From assembly GCA_963839475.1 (NCBI GenBank), contig CAWIVH010000012.1, positions 407,711 through 471,710 on the forward strand: 64,000 bases of DNA. Reading direction: 5' to 3'. This document shows, one piece after another, positions 37,238 through 46,348 of this stretch. Under the pieces are notes generated by a model, which was not told the DNA's origin, searched no databases, and saw only the letters and a list, made by a program, of their open reading frames with translations. Position numbers and translations under genes: made by a program. Source of the DNA: an uncultured Acidobacteriota bacterium (GTDB lineage: Bacteria; Acidobacteriota; UBA6911). Within the stretch, counting starts at the first letter, position 1. Each line of letters begins with the position of its first letter.

Positions 37238-38487
37238 GCGACCTCCAGAAGCTCGGCCTTGCGGCTGTCCTTGATCGCCTGCAGCTGCGTGAAGAGCTCG
37301 TCACCGAGCCGCGTCTTTTTGCCGCTCGTCAGGCTCCAGCCAGTCTGAAGCTGTGCGATCGTCTTGGCCGCGACCAGTGCTGCGCGAATCTGGTCGAAGA
37401 GTTCCTTGCGCTCGCGTTCGGCCTTTTCTTTCTCGGCTTCCTGCGCGCTGATGTCGATTTCGGCCGCTTCCTCCGGAGTGCCGAGTTTGCCTTGCTCGCC
37501 GCCGCAGAGGTATCGGACCACCGGAGAGATGGTCTCGTACGTGGGCCAGAGGAATTCCTTGCCGGTCAGGATTCCGGAGCGGTCCTTTTCAAAGAAGACC
37601 TTGATGATGTATCCGCCCTTTTCATCACGCTCCGGGCACATGCGTCCGAGAACATGGGGCTCGTGTGGAGTTTCACCTTCGGCCTTCAGCTTCGTCCCGG
37701 TGACGCGCATTTCGCCGTCTTCGTCCTGCTCCATGACCACGCCTTCGCGGCCGCAGAGGATCGCATGAAACGAGCCGTCCAGGAAAAGTGACATCAGGCG
37801 TTTGTAGGGCTTCTTGATCTGCTGCCAGGCCTGGATCGGAATGCCACCGTTCGGCAGCATCTTGCCGTTGTAGGCGGCGCGCGCCGCTTCCCAGAGATGG
37901 GTGATGCTATCGATCACGAGGACTCCGTGGGTCTTCGGATCGATGCTCTCCACGGCCTCGAGGGTCTCCATCAGGCTGCGCGTGATCAGCCGGTCAAAGT
38001 CGAACGCCTTGGGGTGGACGGTCCGTTCCGGGATATCGATCGAGTAGAATTCCGAGCCACGCTCGGTATCCACAAAGGCGACGCGTTTGCCTTCGCGGGC
38101 TGCGAGCCCTTCGGCCCAGAGTAAAGAAGTGAGCGTCTTGCCGCTCCCGGTTTTGCCATAGAGCGCGACCTTGAAATAGGCCTGCTCCGATTTCGCTTTC
38201 TGAAACTTACCCATGATTCCTCTCTTTCCTCCGTTGTCTAAGGAAGCGAGTTGTTTTTGGTTCGTGTTCTGCGGGGGCGGTTCGATGACAGCCCCGTTTG
38301 GTTTGCCATCCATTCCGGAAGAAACGTTGACCACCTGGAAGCCGGGGTGGAACTCGTCGTAATGGACCATGTATGGCGTGTACACCGGCCCCGGGCAGAG
38401 CGGGCACCAGAAGATCGGTGAGCGGTCTTCCTTGCGAGCCCTCCTTCTGTTGCCGGCGCCGTTTTTTCCATGGACTTCTCCGCTCAT
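37234..38487 (-). CDS. AAA_24 / Sak4-like RecA-fold ATPase (phage recombination-associated)
   Basis: FKVALYGKTGSGKTLT…VAFVDTERG…VLVIDSITHLW is the AAA_24 signature. ATGA overlap with the upstream HTH gene supports the long form. An internal ATG at 38213 has a strong AGGAAAGAGAGGAA SD and would give a 326-aa form. Confidence 0.75.
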   Translation of the reverse strand: MSGEVHGKNGAGNRRRARKEDRSPIFWCPLCPGPVYTPYMVHYDEFHPGFQVVNVSSGMDGKPNGAVIEPPPQNTNQKQLASLDNGGKRGIMGKFQKAKSEQAYFKVALYGKTGSGKTLTSLLWAEGLAAREGKRVAFVDTERGSEFYSIDIPERTVHPKAFDFDRLITRSLMETLEAVESIDPKTHGVLVIDSITHLWEAARAAYNGKMLPNGGIPIQAWQQIKKPYKRLMSLFLDGSFHAILCGREGVVMEQDEDGEMRVTGTKLKAEGETPHEPHVLGRMCPERDEKGGYIIKVFFEKDRSGILTGKEFLWPTYETISPVVRYLCGGEQGKLGTPEEAAEIDISAQEAEKEKAERERKELFDQIRAALVAAKTIAQLQTGWSLTSGKKTRLGDELFTQLQAIKDSRKAELLEVA

Positions 38488-38711
38488 GCCGCCCTGCCAG
38501 TTTTGAAAAGCAGGTTCTTTAACGGAATCCCGGTCAGAGTCTCGATCTTGCGCGCGAGTTCGGGGCTTGGCCGGCGGCGCCCGCTCCGAAGCATGCTCAT
38601 GTATGATTCCGAAATGCCGAGTTTTGCGGCTAACTGCTTGGGGCTCATGTGTTTGTGCATCAGGAATTCGTTGATTGTTTTGTGTATCATGATCAAAAGA
38701 CTATCTACCAT
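38484..38711 (-). CDS. Cro-like XRE-family HTH regulator
   Basis: MSPKQLAAKLGISESYMSMLRSGRRRPSPELARKIETLTGIPLKNL is an HTH_XRE. Divergent from the cI-like gene and first gene of the leftward operon. Confidence 0.7.
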   Translation of the reverse strand: MVDSLLIMIHKTINEFLMHKHMSPKQLAAKLGISESYMSMLRSGRRRPSPELARKIETLTGIPLKNLLFKTGRAA

Positions 38712-38712
38712 T

Positions 38713-38796
38713 TGTGCAATCTGTCAATCACTATTCGCAAACTATCGTATATTATCCTTGACATCAATGAGTTATAGTTTACAATCTGTGAACTAT
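38713..38796. promoter_or_regulatory. Divergent promoter/operator region of the cro/cI-like switch
   Basis: Two related operator-like repeats (TGTGCAATCTGTCAATCAC at 38713-38731; TTTACAATCTGTGAACTAT at 38778-38796). A near-consensus sigma-70 promoter TTGACA-16-TACAAT (38758-38785) ends ~10 nt before the cI-like ATG (38795), so the cI transcript would be leaderless or nearly so. A leftward TTGACA overlaps the first repeat. Confidence 0.45.
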
Positions 38797-39634
38797 GGGA
38801 AAGATACAGGAAGGATTGAAGGCAATTATCGAAGATCGCAAGGAAATGAAGGGCCTCACGCAGAAGGCGCTGGCGCGTGCGATGGGCGCAAAGCCCGCAA
38901 TGGTCTCGGCGTTATTGAATGGCGAGCGCCGGCTGAACGAGGACTGGATCGAGAAATTCTGCGCTGCGCTTGAAATCACCCTGGGGGATTTGGAGGCGCC
39001 TACGCCGAGAGTTCCAGAGCCCAAGGTCCTTCGGGAATATTCCGAGAAGCTCAAGCGGCTCTATGAGATCTCCCCGGTGCCTGCATTTCGCAACATCAGC
39101 CGGGCCATCGACGACTGGCTCGAGGCGATGGAACCTGTGAGGACCGTACCTTATCTGCCCGTGCAAGCCGATTTCTCGAAACCTGGGCAAGTTGACGAGG
39201 CGATCGCATACCTGGATTCTGACAGACCGCAGCCAGTCGCGATGATTCACGTCCGTCATTATGATGCCGTCCCCGCCGGCGATCCGCGCGAGATGAATCC
39301 GGAAGGCCAGATGTGGATCGACATTGTTCATTCGAAAGGCAAGGATTCCTGGTATACCCTCCGAGTCGTGGGCGACAGCATGTCACCCGACTACCTGGAC
39401 GGGGACATCGTGTTGATGGATTACGCACTGGAGCCCCACGACGGCGACATTGTCGCCGCATTGGTGGACGGCCACGAAAACACGCTAAAGATTTACTCTC
39501 GCCAGGGAGACGAAATCACCCTCACGCCGATCGAAACCAAACACCACTCTCCCCGAAAATTTCACGCGAGCCGGATCACGATCCAGGGTGTCCTGGTCGA
39601 AATCGTCCGCCGCAGCGCCCGCCGCAAACGATAG
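38795..39634 (+). CDS. CI-like repressor: XRE HTH plus LexA-type S24 peptidase domain
   Basis: N-terminal LTQKALARAMGAKPAMVSALLNGERRLN HTH. C-terminal VVGDSMSPDYLDGDIVLMD…TLKIY Ser/Lys dyad. Confidence 0.85.
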   Translation: MGKIQEGLKAIIEDRKEMKGLTQKALARAMGAKPAMVSALLNGERRLNEDWIEKFCAALEITLGDLEAPTPRVPEPKVLREYSEKLKRLYEISPVPAFRNISRAIDDWLEAMEPVRTVPYLPVQADFSKPGQVDEAIAYLDSDRPQPVAMIHVRHYDAVPAGDPREMNPEGQMWIDIVHSKGKDSWYTLRVVGDSMSPDYLDGDIVLMDYALEPHDGDIVAALVDGHENTLKIYSRQGDEITLTPIETKHHSPRKFHASRITIQGVLVEIVRRSARRKR

Positions 39635-39757
39635 GGACCAGCACTGGGCCGATTCACGCTCAAAGATAATAAAGAAGTCTTTACTTTTATCACTCGATAG
39701 TAAAGAATCGTTTCCTAACGAGTCGGCATCATAAAGAGGGCTTTCCTTGGAGCAGCC

Positions 39758-40927
39758 ATGATCAGAATCGCCGGAACCTACGAGCAGATAAGCGCGGCCG
39801 GGGAAACTGTGAATGCCTTTGTGCCGGCACCCCTTCCCCCAAGGGACCCTCCCCTGAAAATGGATGCCGAGCTCTCCGAATTGATCCGTCGTGCCGAGGC
39901 CGCGGTTGAGAAGCTAAGACTCGCAGGAGCCATGGTTCCTTCCCTCGACTGGCTCTTATATTCCTTCGTTCGTAAGGAGGCCGTTGTCTCCTCGCAGATT
40001 GAGGGCACGCAGGCTACCCTTGTGGACTTGCTCAAGTACGAGGCAGGCGGCAAGGTGGAAGCAGTCGATGACCAGGATGTAAAGCAAGTCTGCAATTACG
40101 TGGACGCGCTCAGCTATGCACGCAAGCAGATGCGAGGCAAGAATGGCCTGCCGCTATCGATGCGGCTCCTAAATGAGGCCCACAGGCGGTTGATGAAGAA
40201 TGTTCCCGGTGGCCACCGCGGTCCGGGCGAAATTAGACGGAGCCAGAACTGGATTGGCGGAACCCGTCCCGGCAATGCAGTTTATGTGCCCCCGCCGCCA
40301 CACTTGCTGGGCGATTTGCTCGGTTCTATGGAGAATTATATTCATGCGGAAAAAGCATTGCCTCCGCTGGCCCGAGCGGGATTGCTGCACTTTCAGTTCG
40401 AGGCGATACATCCGTACCTTGACGGTAACGGACGCATCGGCAGGCTCCTGATCACGTTGCTCCTCGAACACTGGAACCTCCTGGAAATACCTCTGCTCTA
40501 TTTGAGCCTGTACTTCAAACGCCATCGTGCCGAGTACTACCGACTTCTGAATGCCGTTCGGACCGACGGCGATTTCGAGAGCTGGATGAAGTATTTCCTG
40601 GAGGGAGTTGCGATCATTGCGGAAGAGACCGTGGTTACAACGCAGCAACTGTTTGCCCTGATCAATTCTGACAGGACAAAAGTGCTCGCCGGGCGTGCGA
40701 CCTCGGTGGCGGGCATTCGTCTTTTCGAGCTATTGCCTGCCCATCCAATCATCATGGTTGCTAGCGCTGTCAAGCTGCTCAAGACGACGAAACCCACCGC
40801 GACCAAAGCGGTGTCAGGACTCGTTGACGCAGGGATCCTCGTCGAAACCACTGGCCGCCGCCGGGATCGTTCCTTCAACTACGAAGGCTACCTGAACATC
40901 CTGCGCGCAGGAACGGAAACTGAATGA
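39758..40927 (+). CDS. Fic-family protein (AMPylase-type) with N-terminal inhibitory motif
   Basis: Fic motif HPYLDGNGRIGR. SSQIEG matches the [ST]xxxE[GN] autoinhibitory helix. C-terminal winged-helix-like tail. Confidence 0.9.
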   Translation: MIRIAGTYEQISAAGETVNAFVPAPLPPRDPPLKMDAELSELIRRAEAAVEKLRLAGAMVPSLDWLLYSFVRKEAVVSSQIEGTQATLVDLLKYEAGGKVEAVDDQDVKQVCNYVDALSYARKQMRGKNGLPLSMRLLNEAHRRLMKNVPGGHRGPGEIRRSQNWIGGTRPGNAVYVPPPPHLLGDLLGSMENYIHAEKALPPLARAGLLHFQFEAIHPYLDGNGRIGRLLITLLLEHWNLLEIPLLYLSLYFKRHRAEYYRLLNAVRTDGDFESWMKYFLEGVAIIAEETVVTTQQLFALINSDRTKVLAGRATSVAGIRLFELLPAHPIIMVASAVKLLKTTKPTATKAVSGLVDAGILVETTGRRRDRSFNYEGYLNILRAGTETE

Positions 40928-41036
40928 GTAATTTCACGCTAGCCGCATCAAAATCCAGAGTCCTCCTCGAACTTGTCCGCCGCAGCGCCCGGCGCAAAAT
41001 ATTTTTCAAAGGCCTTTCTAGTGACTCAGCGCTACT

Positions 41037-42698
41037 GTGGATGCACTCATGACTCGTGTACGTAACAAGAATGAATTCGCTGCCGGCGCCAGGGCTGTAA
41101 TTAGGGAAGCATTCAATATGCTCCCAATTTTTGCGAGATCTCGAACGCAGGCTGTCTACAACTATGTGGCGGTAGCTGAGGCCGATGCCCACCAGAGTGC
41201 CGCAGAGAGCGCCTCGATAGGTCTTGCAGAGAGCCATAGGAGGTTGGTGGAGTCGAGTTCGCATGCAATTCCCGCGATCTATGAAAGATGTCCCGATCGG
41301 GAAGGCGAGAAACCAACAATCGATAGAGCAGTTTTTGAAGAGGCACGATCTCTTTACGATTTTGGGCATAACCTGAGCCAAGTCGAGTACTGCTTCGAAT
41401 TAGCGGAACGAGGACAGTATGAGTTTTTTGTCGCCCAAAGAGATCCGCGCATAACCTTTCGCTACGCATCTGAAACATCCGATCTGGCTGACACGCGTTC
41501 TCGCGCAATGGATGTTTTATCCCTCCATCAACCTCACGCGGTTGAGCCAGCTCAGGTTTCAGCCGGAACTATCATCGAAGAGCTAAAGACTCTCGTTCCA
41601 GCAACATATCCTGCAAGGTGTGAGTACCAATACAGCGATCGTTTGCATCAGATTGTGAATCCATACTCCAGGGCAAAATTGACACGAACCAACGCGCTAG
41701 ATATTCCCCATGACGTTGCAGTAGGACCGTTGGCTATGCATGACCTTCAAGGATTCTGGGCTGCTATCATGGGAATTGTTGACGTTCATACAGCAGCACA
41801 TTGCATTGCTGCCAATGGCGACTTGAGGCGCCTTGCAATTGATACGGTCGTCCTCTGCCAAGCAGAGCATGATTTTGCAGGATTGATTTCAAAAATCTCA
41901 GGTTTGCCGTCGGCGGCAGTTGAATTAGTAATGGGCTGGTACACATATCGAAGTGATGCCGCGAAGGATTCCCCAATCCTTCAACCGTTTCTGCCTCTAT
42001 CAGGAGGCCTCTTATGCCTTCCATCGCCGTTCGTCAACGGGAATAGCTTTGAACGCAATTTCAGAAAACTGATGCATAATCATCCCAAATTGCGGCCGTT
42101 TTCTAATTCAATAGAATCGTGTTTAGAAGACATTGCTTTGAATTCGCTTTCAGAAATCTTCTCAGAACCAAGATTTCGAGTGCAAATCTGCGTGCAAATA
42201 CCTGGGTTGACGGATGTTGACCTTCTGGTTTTTGATCTGGTTACGGGTTTTACTCTCATCATCCAACACAAGTGGTTGCTTGCGCCCGATACACTTCGGG
42301 AATCTGCTTCAAATGATGAAAAACTGGCAAATGGCGTATCGCAGGCTGTCAAATCGCGCGATTTCCTTCGCCAAAATGCCTCTTTTCTCGTTCGGAAACT
42401 CGGCTTGCCCTCTGATCAGCAAATTCGTGGAATTGAAGCGGTTGTTGTTTGCCGGGGTGCTGAACCAACAGGATTTCTCGAATCGACGGCTGTGCCTGTC
42501 ATTAACGAAACTGCCTTTAGAAATCTGCAGACGAAGTTCGAAAACTTGGAGGATCTTTGGGAGCAGACAACAACCCGGCCTGATCAGATTGAAGCAGCAA
42601 AAAAATCCGCCGAGGTACAATCGCACATCCGGCTCTGCGGCTACGAGTTTGTGATCCCAGGGCTCGCAGTGCAAGTGCCGCTTTCGACCAAAGGGTAG
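41037..42698 (+). CDS. Hypothetical 553-aa protein with a NERD/PD-(D/E)xK-like motif; visibly lower GC than neighbours
   Basis: GLTDVDLLVFDLVTGFTLIIQHKW resembles the NERD core (D..LL….G.F.IE.K) with QHK in place of ExK. The rest is unrecognised. A/T-rich stretches (for example 42040-42200). Confidence 0.4.
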   Translation: MDALMTRVRNKNEFAAGARAVIREAFNMLPIFARSRTQAVYNYVAVAEADAHQSAAESASIGLAESHRRLVESSSHAIPAIYERCPDREGEKPTIDRAVFEEARSLYDFGHNLSQVEYCFELAERGQYEFFVAQRDPRITFRYASETSDLADTRSRAMDVLSLHQPHAVEPAQVSAGTIIEELKTLVPATYPARCEYQYSDRLHQIVNPYSRAKLTRTNALDIPHDVAVGPLAMHDLQGFWAAIMGIVDVHTAAHCIAANGDLRRLAIDTVVLCQAEHDFAGLISKISGLPSAAVELVMGWYTYRSDAAKDSPILQPFLPLSGGLLCLPSPFVNGNSFERNFRKLMHNHPKLRPFSNSIESCLEDIALNSLSEIFSEPRFRVQICVQIPGLTDVDLLVFDLVTGFTLIIQHKWLLAPDTLRESASNDEKLANGVSQAVKSRDFLRQNASFLVRKLGLPSDQQIRGIEAVVVCRGAEPTGFLESTAVPVINETAFRNLQTKFENLEDLWEQTTTRPDQIEAAKKSAEVQSHIRLCGYEFVIPGLAVQVPLSTKG

Positions 42699-42915
42699 CC
42701 TGCCTCATCGTGGTCTGATATCCAGGCAGTTGGCAATTCCTTCACATCTCCGACATGAATAGGAAATGGGCATGCCCTGCTTGACCCATGGCTCCTGGCA
42801 AAAATCGCGCAAATTCCAGAGTGGAATAGATTAAGATAAACTGCCATTTTTCTGTTCAGCGGGTGAGTGTCGAAGCATCAATTTGGATTCCGTTGATTCC
42901 AAGGGAGGGGTACCG

Positions 42916-45831
42916 ATGGGGATTCTCGAAGGCTGCATACCAAGGAAAGACGTCCTCAAAGGCGATCTTGATGATGCGATTTTTGCTGCGGATTTCGGCG
43001 ATCTCATCGCCGGTCGCGGTCCCAAGGTCTACAAGGATCCTCACCTTTTTTTCCAGAACACACACCCTGCCAAACAGCTGTGCAAGATTGCGGAGGTCGT
43101 CTTTGGCCGTCTCGCGAATGCAAAAGAGGAAGGAGCCACGCTGCGGCTGAGCACAGGCTTCGGCGGCGGCAAGACCCACACGCTCATGGCACTATGGCAC
43201 CTCGGCCAAAAGATCGAAGACCCAAAACTGGGAATCGAGCTTCTTCCGGCGGCAGGCAGACCAAAGAGCGTCACGGTTGTGGGCGTGGATGCTGCCAAAG
43301 CAGGAGTACCACAGTTTGGATCGCACGGTGCGATCAAAACCCACAGCCTCTGGGGCGAGATCTTCCTGGCTTTGGGCGGCGAAAAGGCGTTTAGATCCCT
43401 TGGCAAGGCTGATGATCCCGAAGCATCTCCCTCGGAGCACCAGATCGAAGCAATTTTCCCCAAGGGCCCGGTTCTCATCCTTCTCGATGAAATCGTCATT
43501 TACATGGCCAAGCTTTCGGAACGTGGGCAAGGAAATCTTCTGGGCTTCCTGAACTCGCTCGCCTCCGTTGTGCGCAAACGCCCGCAGTCGGTCCTCGTGG
43601 TGACGGACCCGGCCGGCCAGGCAGCATATGCAACGCACGCCGTAAGGCTTGGCGATGCGCTGCTCGATGCCGCAAAAAAGCTCGATGAGGTGTTCGGCCG
43701 CAAGATGAGCGACTTCGATCCGATCAAGGATGAATCCGCTCAGGTCATTGTGCGGCGGCTATTTGACAATGTCGATCAGCCTTCAGCCCAGGCTGCCTCC
43801 GCGACTTATCACAGCCTCTACGAGCGCGTTGCGCAGGATTCCCCCGATCTTCTGCCGAAGGAGGCCACGACTGCCGAATTCTCCAAGCGGTTTGTCCAAT
43901 GTTACCCGTTCCATCCGCGGCTGCTGGACACGGCTCGCGACCGGCTCGGCGCCCTCCAGGATTTCCAGAAGAGCCGCGGGGTCTTGCGTCTATTTGCCCG
44001 CATTCTGCGTGATGTATGGGATGATGGAAATGACTACGAGATCATCTCCGCCGGAGAGATCAACTGGTCCAGCGCCCGGATCCAGGCCGACCTCCTGCAA
44101 CGCCTGAATCGGGACAGTTTCAAGTCCGCCGTTTCGGCTGACATCGAGAAGCACGCCACCGAACTTGACGGTGACGCCCCACGTGGAGTCCATTGCCGGA
44201 CCGCCTCTGCCCTGCTGCTGGAAAGCCTCCCGATGCAGGAAAACAGTGGACTCGACGCAGCCGGCCTGACGTTTGCGGTCTTGCGGCCGGAGGAAGCCGG
44301 CCCGGAACCATCCGAGGCACTGGACCGGCTGGTTGGTACCTGCTGGCACACTTATCAAATGGCAGGAGGAAGGGGATGGCAGTTCCGCTACGAACCGAAC
44401 GTGATAAAACAGATAGAGGAACGTAAGAACCTCATCCCCGTGGAAGACGCAAAGAGCGCAGTCTTGGCTGAGGCTCAAAAGTACTTTTCAGGCCCATCAT
44501 TCAAACTAGCCCCATGGCCGGCAAACGCACGGCAAGTCTCAGAATCCGCCGAGCTTCAGCTGGTTCTCTGCGAAGACGAAAAAACTACAAAAAACGTCTG
44601 TGCCAATTCGGATGACTCCAATCCGTCAGCACCGCTGCCGCGCCGTTTTCAGAATGCTATCCTGGGAGTTACGACGACTCAGGCAGCTTTTGACAATGCC
44701 ATTGAGAGGGCGCGTCGTTTGCTCGCGGCCGAAGCTATTGAGAAGGAAAACAGAACCGGCGATGCGGGTAAGCTCGTACGAGAACAATTGCAGCGGCTCA
44801 AGCCGGAATTTCAGAAGCAGTTCCGGATCCAGACCTGCCGGTCCTTCGACCGCATCGTGCTTGCTACCGGGTCGGTCTACCGGCTCGAAGAACAATTCCA
44901 GGTTTCAGAGGAGCAAATGCTCCAGAAACCGCAGGGACAGTCATGCCTCTTGAAGTTCCTCGACAGCAACACTCTCATCTACAAAGCGGGCGAGTCAGTC
45001 GATGCTCTGCGCTTTGTTCGTGATGTACTACCTGGCTCAACGCCGGAGCCGGATAAGCCAGGCGTCTACACGGCACGATCTATTCACGAGCGATTTCTGG
45101 CCGCACCCAACCTTCGACTCATTCCGGATGGGAGCGTAGTCCGGCAGACCATTTTAAAGGCCATCGGCAACGGTAAGGTCGTTGTGCGCCTATCCGATGG
45201 TCGAGCTTACGATCAGGATGGCTGCGTAGAGGGACCGGACGGAAAACGGCGTCGTGTCACGGGCTCCCTGACAACGCTTTCTCTTGATGACAACAATTAC
45301 GTTACGGAAACCAATTCCGTGTACGGAAAGACATGGACTCACGTTGATCCGACCGGGAGAACAGGGGGGACTGGAACCGGCGGCGGGACTCCACCTCCCC
45401 CGACACCAGGACGCGTTACTGCCACAACATGGGAAAAACTCTTGGAATTTGCCGAAAAAAGGCCGCTGCTGACTCTGGAACTGTCAGCAGAAACTGCCGC
45501 GTCTGCCGCAACCCTTCTGAGCCTCGGCCAACCGCTCAGTGCGGATGAGGTGAAGATCTCCGTGACTGCAAGCGGCGCGCTCAAGGACGGTGGCAATATG
45601 AGCTTTGCGGCAAGCAACGTGAAGCCAACTCACCCGGCAAAGCCGCTGAATGTCGCTCAAACCGTTTTTAACTCCCTATCAGAGGGATCGGTATACGAGG
45701 CTGTCCTTTTGTTGACATTCGGATCGCAAGGAAGGACGGGCCTAATCGAACAGCTAAAAGAGCTGTCAGAAAAGGCAGCCGATAATATCCGCCCCAGCGC
45801 CACATTCGATAAGCCAATGGGATCCGCTTGA
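42916..45831 (+). CDS. DUF499-like P-loop ATPase (first gene of a DUF499/DUF1156/helicase restriction-like module)
   Basis: LSTGFGGGKTHTLMALWHLGQ Walker-A-like loop. A Thr/Gly/Pro-rich linker (TGRTGGTGTGGGTPPPPTPG) before a C-terminal domain. GGGAGG SD before ATG 42916. Gene order with the downstream DUF1156 methyltransferase supports the assignment. Confidence 0.6.
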   Translation: MGILEGCIPRKDVLKGDLDDAIFAADFGDLIAGRGPKVYKDPHLFFQNTHPAKQLCKIAEVVFGRLANAKEEGATLRLSTGFGGGKTHTLMALWHLGQKIEDPKLGIELLPAAGRPKSVTVVGVDAAKAGVPQFGSHGAIKTHSLWGEIFLALGGEKAFRSLGKADDPEASPSEHQIEAIFPKGPVLILLDEIVIYMAKLSERGQGNLLGFLNSLASVVRKRPQSVLVVTDPAGQAAYATHAVRLGDALLDAAKKLDEVFGRKMSDFDPIKDESAQVIVRRLFDNVDQPSAQAASATYHSLYERVAQDSPDLLPKEATTAEFSKRFVQCYPFHPRLLDTARDRLGALQDFQKSRGVLRLFARILRDVWDDGNDYEIISAGEINWSSARIQADLLQRLNRDSFKSAVSADIEKHATELDGDAPRGVHCRTASALLLESLPMQENSGLDAAGLTFAVLRPEEAGPEPSEALDRLVGTCWHTYQMAGGRGWQFRYEPNVIKQIEERKNLIPVEDAKSAVLAEAQKYFSGPSFKLAPWPANARQVSESAELQLVLCEDEKTTKNVCANSDDSNPSAPLPRRFQNAILGVTTTQAAFDNAIERARRLLAAEAIEKENRTGDAGKLVREQLQRLKPEFQKQFRIQTCRSFDRIVLATGSVYRLEEQFQVSEEQMLQKPQGQSCLLKFLDSNTLIYKAGESVDALRFVRDVLPGSTPEPDKPGVYTARSIHERFLAAPNLRLIPDGSVVRQTILKAIGNGKVVVRLSDGRAYDQDGCVEGPDGKRRRVTGSLTTLSLDDNNYVTETNSVYGKTWTHVDPTGRTGGTGTGGGTPPPPTPGRVTATTWEKLLEFAEKRPLLTLELSAETAASAATLLSLGQPLSADEVKISVTASGALKDGGNMSFAASNVKPTHPAKPLNVAQTVFNSLSEGSVYEAVLLLTFGSQGRTGLIEQLKELSEKAADNIRPSATFDKPMGSA

Positions 45832-46259
45832 TGAAGATCAGGGAAGCAACCTTTGCATTGCGTGTGGTGAGACGCCGTAATGGAGATGCCGGAATCGTCT
45901 ACCGCCGTAAGCTTGACTCCCGGCAGCGCGAGCGATTCACGCGTCTTGGGGCGATCTCTCCGCTCGCGTATACGGCTGGCACGCCTCTGCTCAGAGCTGC
46001 GGTACGCGCGACAGCTGGGCAATCGGCGAAGCTGAGCGCAGGTCCATATCACGCACTCGATCCAGATTGGGGTGCTCGGGTGGCGTGCTATGCGCTTCTA
46101 TCTGCGGGATTGCGCGAGGCAGATAGACTGCGCAAAGCGGCCGAGAACATGCGCAACGCGGATGGCGCTGAAGCCGCGTGGTGGCTGGGCCTCATGATGC
46201 GCCCCAGCGGTCGCCGTGCAATCCGTGCCCTGCGCATTCTTGCTGAGGCAGTTCGGTGA
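45828..46259 (+). CDS. Small hypothetical protein embedded in the module (143 aa)
   Basis: ATGA overlap with the DUF499 stop. Arg/Ala-rich, no motif recognised. Confidence 0.35.
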   Translation: MMKIREATFALRVVRRRNGDAGIVYRRKLDSRQRERFTRLGAISPLAYTAGTPLLRAAVRATAGQSAKLSAGPYHALDPDWGARVACYALLSAGLREADRLRKAAENMRNADGAEAAWWLGLMMRPSGRRAIRALRILAEAVR

Positions 46260-46348
46260 TGAATACATGACTATGGATCTCGACGCTGATCCATGTTGCC
46301 AGGTTTCGAATCTTTGCTGCAAGCTGTTGACTTCCCAATGAGGTATAC

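Noticed and set aside
38213-38487. Internal start (ATG 38213 with strong SD) versus the long form of the Sak4-like ATPase
   Set aside because: Not rejected outright. The long form was kept because its ATG overlaps the upstream stop (ATGA coupling), but the 92-aa N-terminal extension is low-complexity and could be untranslated.
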